DNA from: Phoronis australis | Lineage: Eukaryota > Animalia > Phoronida | Direction of reading: 5' to 3' | Length of the DNA stretch: 64,000 nucleotides | NCBI GenBank assembly: GCA_002633005.1 | Contig: NMRA01000398.1 | Span: 8,010-72,009, forward strand | Made by a program: the position numbers and the translations under genes | Shown here: piece after piece, positions 62,601 through 64,000 of the stretch | Layout of the letters: each line of letters starts with the position of its first letter | Position numbering within the stretch: position 1 is the stretch's first letter | Notes under the pieces: generated by a model | Told to the model about the DNA's origin: nothing | The model's input: only the letters and a program-made list of their open reading frames with translations | Databases searched by the model: none

Positions 62601-64000
62601 AATAACGCGTTAGATTGGTTGTGAGTGCTCCTGTTGAGTTGGCAGTTGTCTTTGTTCCGTTAGCATAGAGTTCGTCGGTTGTCCAACATCGTTCAGCCAC
62701 TGCGTACCTGCATCGATAAATAATTAAATCATATAACTAAATTTATGTATAACAAAACCAAAGTCGTTGCTAGTGCTCTGTTTTTAATTTCAGTGTTTTT
62801 TTCGTTTTACAGTTATTGGTTTATTTCGGTGAATGATTAGAGTATCTTCAACAATATTTTTTATGAGAAAAAGCCTACATGTACCCTACTACTGATGTCC
62901 TTAAGGAAATATTATAACTTGACTATTCCAAAAATGAGATTGGTGCATTAAGGAAGCACTGACTTGTAATATCGTATTCCACTTTCGTAGTCTGAAAATC
63001 CGAGCCACGATCCGACCACAGAGTTATCACTTTTGTAATCTACGTCTGTCTGTCCATGACTTCCGTCCCACACTGTGCCATTCATTGGAGGTGAGTTGTC
63101 CGCGTGAACCTTTAACTCAAACTTCTTGACTAGTCTTGCCTCATTTTCGACCTCAATCTCAAAAAAGTAGTCCCGGTTGTGCAAGCCAATGTGGGTATTT
63201 GCTGCGACTATCGGATTCAAGTCGAGGGCGTAAGTGGACATCTCACAAGGCCCAATGGATGGGCAGTAACACGGAGCTCCTCCTACAGGACATGGCTCCT
63301 GGAAAGCAAGCCCGAAAGGATATATTATTCCAATTTTAGTTGAGAAAAGATTTGCATAGTACAAATGGTGTTTGGCTTGTGGTGGGATTGCAGTAAACAT
63401 GTTTACTTGTTGGACTAGATGTGTACAGTGATACATTTACATTTATATCTGTCCATCCGTTCGCCTGCTTTTAGGCCTTTCGTTCATCGGCGTGTATGAA
63501 ATTCCCACGTGGTTCTATTTCAGCCATTCTTTTTTAATTCATTTTCTTTTCCAGCTGTGCTGTAATATGTAAGCTCACGTCTACCTGTTTTAGTTCAGTA
63601 ACGTATTAGTTCGACTAGAATTCCGTCTCTCTTTTTAATCTATTCGCTTTCCTGTATTTCCAGTATTGCAAATTGGAATTTTAATGGCTGTCTAATGATT
63701 AAAAAAACTAAGACAAGTTTCCAACTAGAATATCTACGGCGGTTCCGACCTTCAAGATCCAGAAATGGTAACACAAGCTCACACTTGAGATTTAGAAATG
63801 CACTCACGCCTGTTCCTTTATGTACAACAGGTATAGACCCTTCCCCGTGTTCGTTTGATCCACCAGTCGATACCCCTAAACGATAAGTGACTCTTCTTAC
63901 GCCGCTATGTGTATCCCATGTCTTAAACACGAGCGACATTGTGTGGAGCTCATGAGAGTCGTGGACGTACACTTGAGTATGACCGTCTTTCACAAGCCAC
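41696..64000 (-). CDS. giant multi-domain protein of tandem FN3/Ig-like DxTPP repeats (3' part, about 2650 aa in window; 5' end outside window)
   Basis: 13 phase-compatible exons: 63808-64000, 62964-63298, 62061-62707, 58263-59404, 56659-57442, 56379-56495, 55970-56280, 55543-55650, 53796-53949, 51482-51665, 49592-51150, 46514-47821, 41696-42804. Recurrent module DxTPP..G.V.DG...D.D.Q....W.GF.D.ESGI..Y...IGT...YYV.V.A.N..GL...S.G..VD. Thr-rich stretch in the last exon. No C-terminal transmembrane segment visible. Confidence 0.92.
42898..44488 (+). mobile_element. Helentron-associated non-autonomous element (HINE-like)
   Basis: 5' palindrome ctatcaat-gaaat-attgatag then cccgc. Internal degenerate modules with at(c/t)ggtc(t/c)gaaact at about 43330, 44076 and 44332. 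The 3' end has a cagac-type short repeat, a tatgcac...gtgcgcata hairpin and ataaaaa. Assignment is structural only. Confidence 0.45.
46070..46220 (+). repeat. two tandem 70-82 bp mini inverted-repeat units
   Basis: catgggcagcgcagcactgaaaaa...ggtgcgccgcccatg (46139-46220) has terminal inverted repeats. A more decayed copy cacgggcggcgcggcactgaaaaa... lies at 46070-46138. Confidence 0.6.
47903..48208 (+). pseudogene. C-terminal fragment of a ubiquitin-specific protease (peptidase C19) domain, antisense in an intron
   Basis: VICIHILR...KINTKI, YKIKAVIEHHG...GGHYTCCVK...WINFDDSTV...AYIAIY match the USP His box and Asp box. No Cys box upstream, and an in-frame stop precedes the ORF. Confidence 0.8.
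52191..53754. mobile_element. non-autonomous TIR element with CCC..GGG termini and subterminal repeats (EnSpm/CMC-like), 1564 bp
   Basis: 22-bp perfect TIR cccttacaaaaatgaacttaag / cttaagttcatttttgtaaggg. Many palindromic AAACTTAAGTTT subterminal units at 52200-52370 and 53530-53745. TSD ambiguous. Confidence 0.8.
54486..54819. repeat. two copies of the 25207-25375 MITE in inverted orientation, 47 bp apart
   Basis: Arm 54486-54633 ends ctactgaacgcacgccag. Arm 54681-54819 starts ctggcgtgcgttcagtag. Confidence 0.9.
55003..55050. repeat. (CG)/(GT)n alternating purine-pyrimidine microsatellite
   Basis: cgcgcgcacgcatgtgcgtgtgtgtgtgtttgtgtgtgtgtgcgcgc. Confidence 0.9.
60035..60080 (-). ncRNA. hammerhead ribozyme copy with a 1-nt deletion in helix III
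   Basis: Minus strand cactt-CTGAGGA-t-GGTG..CACC-GAAA-cattc-aagt. It lacks the G of CATGTC seen in the other arm. Confidence 0.6.
60648..60695 (+). ncRNA. minimal type I hammerhead ribozyme (PLE-associated)
   Basis: actt-CTGAGGA(60653-60659)-t-GGTG-loop-CACC-GAAA-CATG-TC-aagt. Helix I is actt/aagt, helix II is GGTG/CACC, helix III is the palindrome ACATGT, and the GUC triplet is at 60688-60690. Confidence 0.8.

Overview
AT-rich eukaryotic DNA with GT-AG introns and many TE relics, most consistent with an invertebrate animal; the taxon cannot be fixed from the sequence. Manual splicing gives four phase-consistent protein-coding genes. Two are paralogous small EF-hand genes on the minus strand (6567-11943, 144 aa; 20243-28023, 147 aa) whose first three coding exons have identical sizes. 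One is a plus-strand kinase-fold gene (about 30704-40656) whose HRD and DFG motifs and Gly-loop are replaced, so it is a predicted pseudokinase. The fourth is the 3' part (13 exons, about 2650 codons) of a giant minus-strand protein built from FN3/Ig-like DxTPP repeats (41696 to beyond 64000). Introns and intergenic DNA hold two TTAA-flanked Kolobok-like elements with THAP relics, a third THAP relic, a CCC..GGG element with subterminal repeats, a LINE RNase H/zinc-knuckle relic, tRNA-derived SINE heads, MITEs, an 800-bp tandem duplication and an orphan USP fragment. The most striking non-coding feature is a 714-bp near-perfect palindrome of a Penelope-like element end, with a minimal hammerhead ribozyme at each tip. 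The hammerhead on the host-transcribed strand has a 1-nt deletion, while the antisense copy looks intact. A second hammerhead-like motif lies in another foldback at about 10.6 kb. All family assignments come from motif recognition by eye; no database searches were run.
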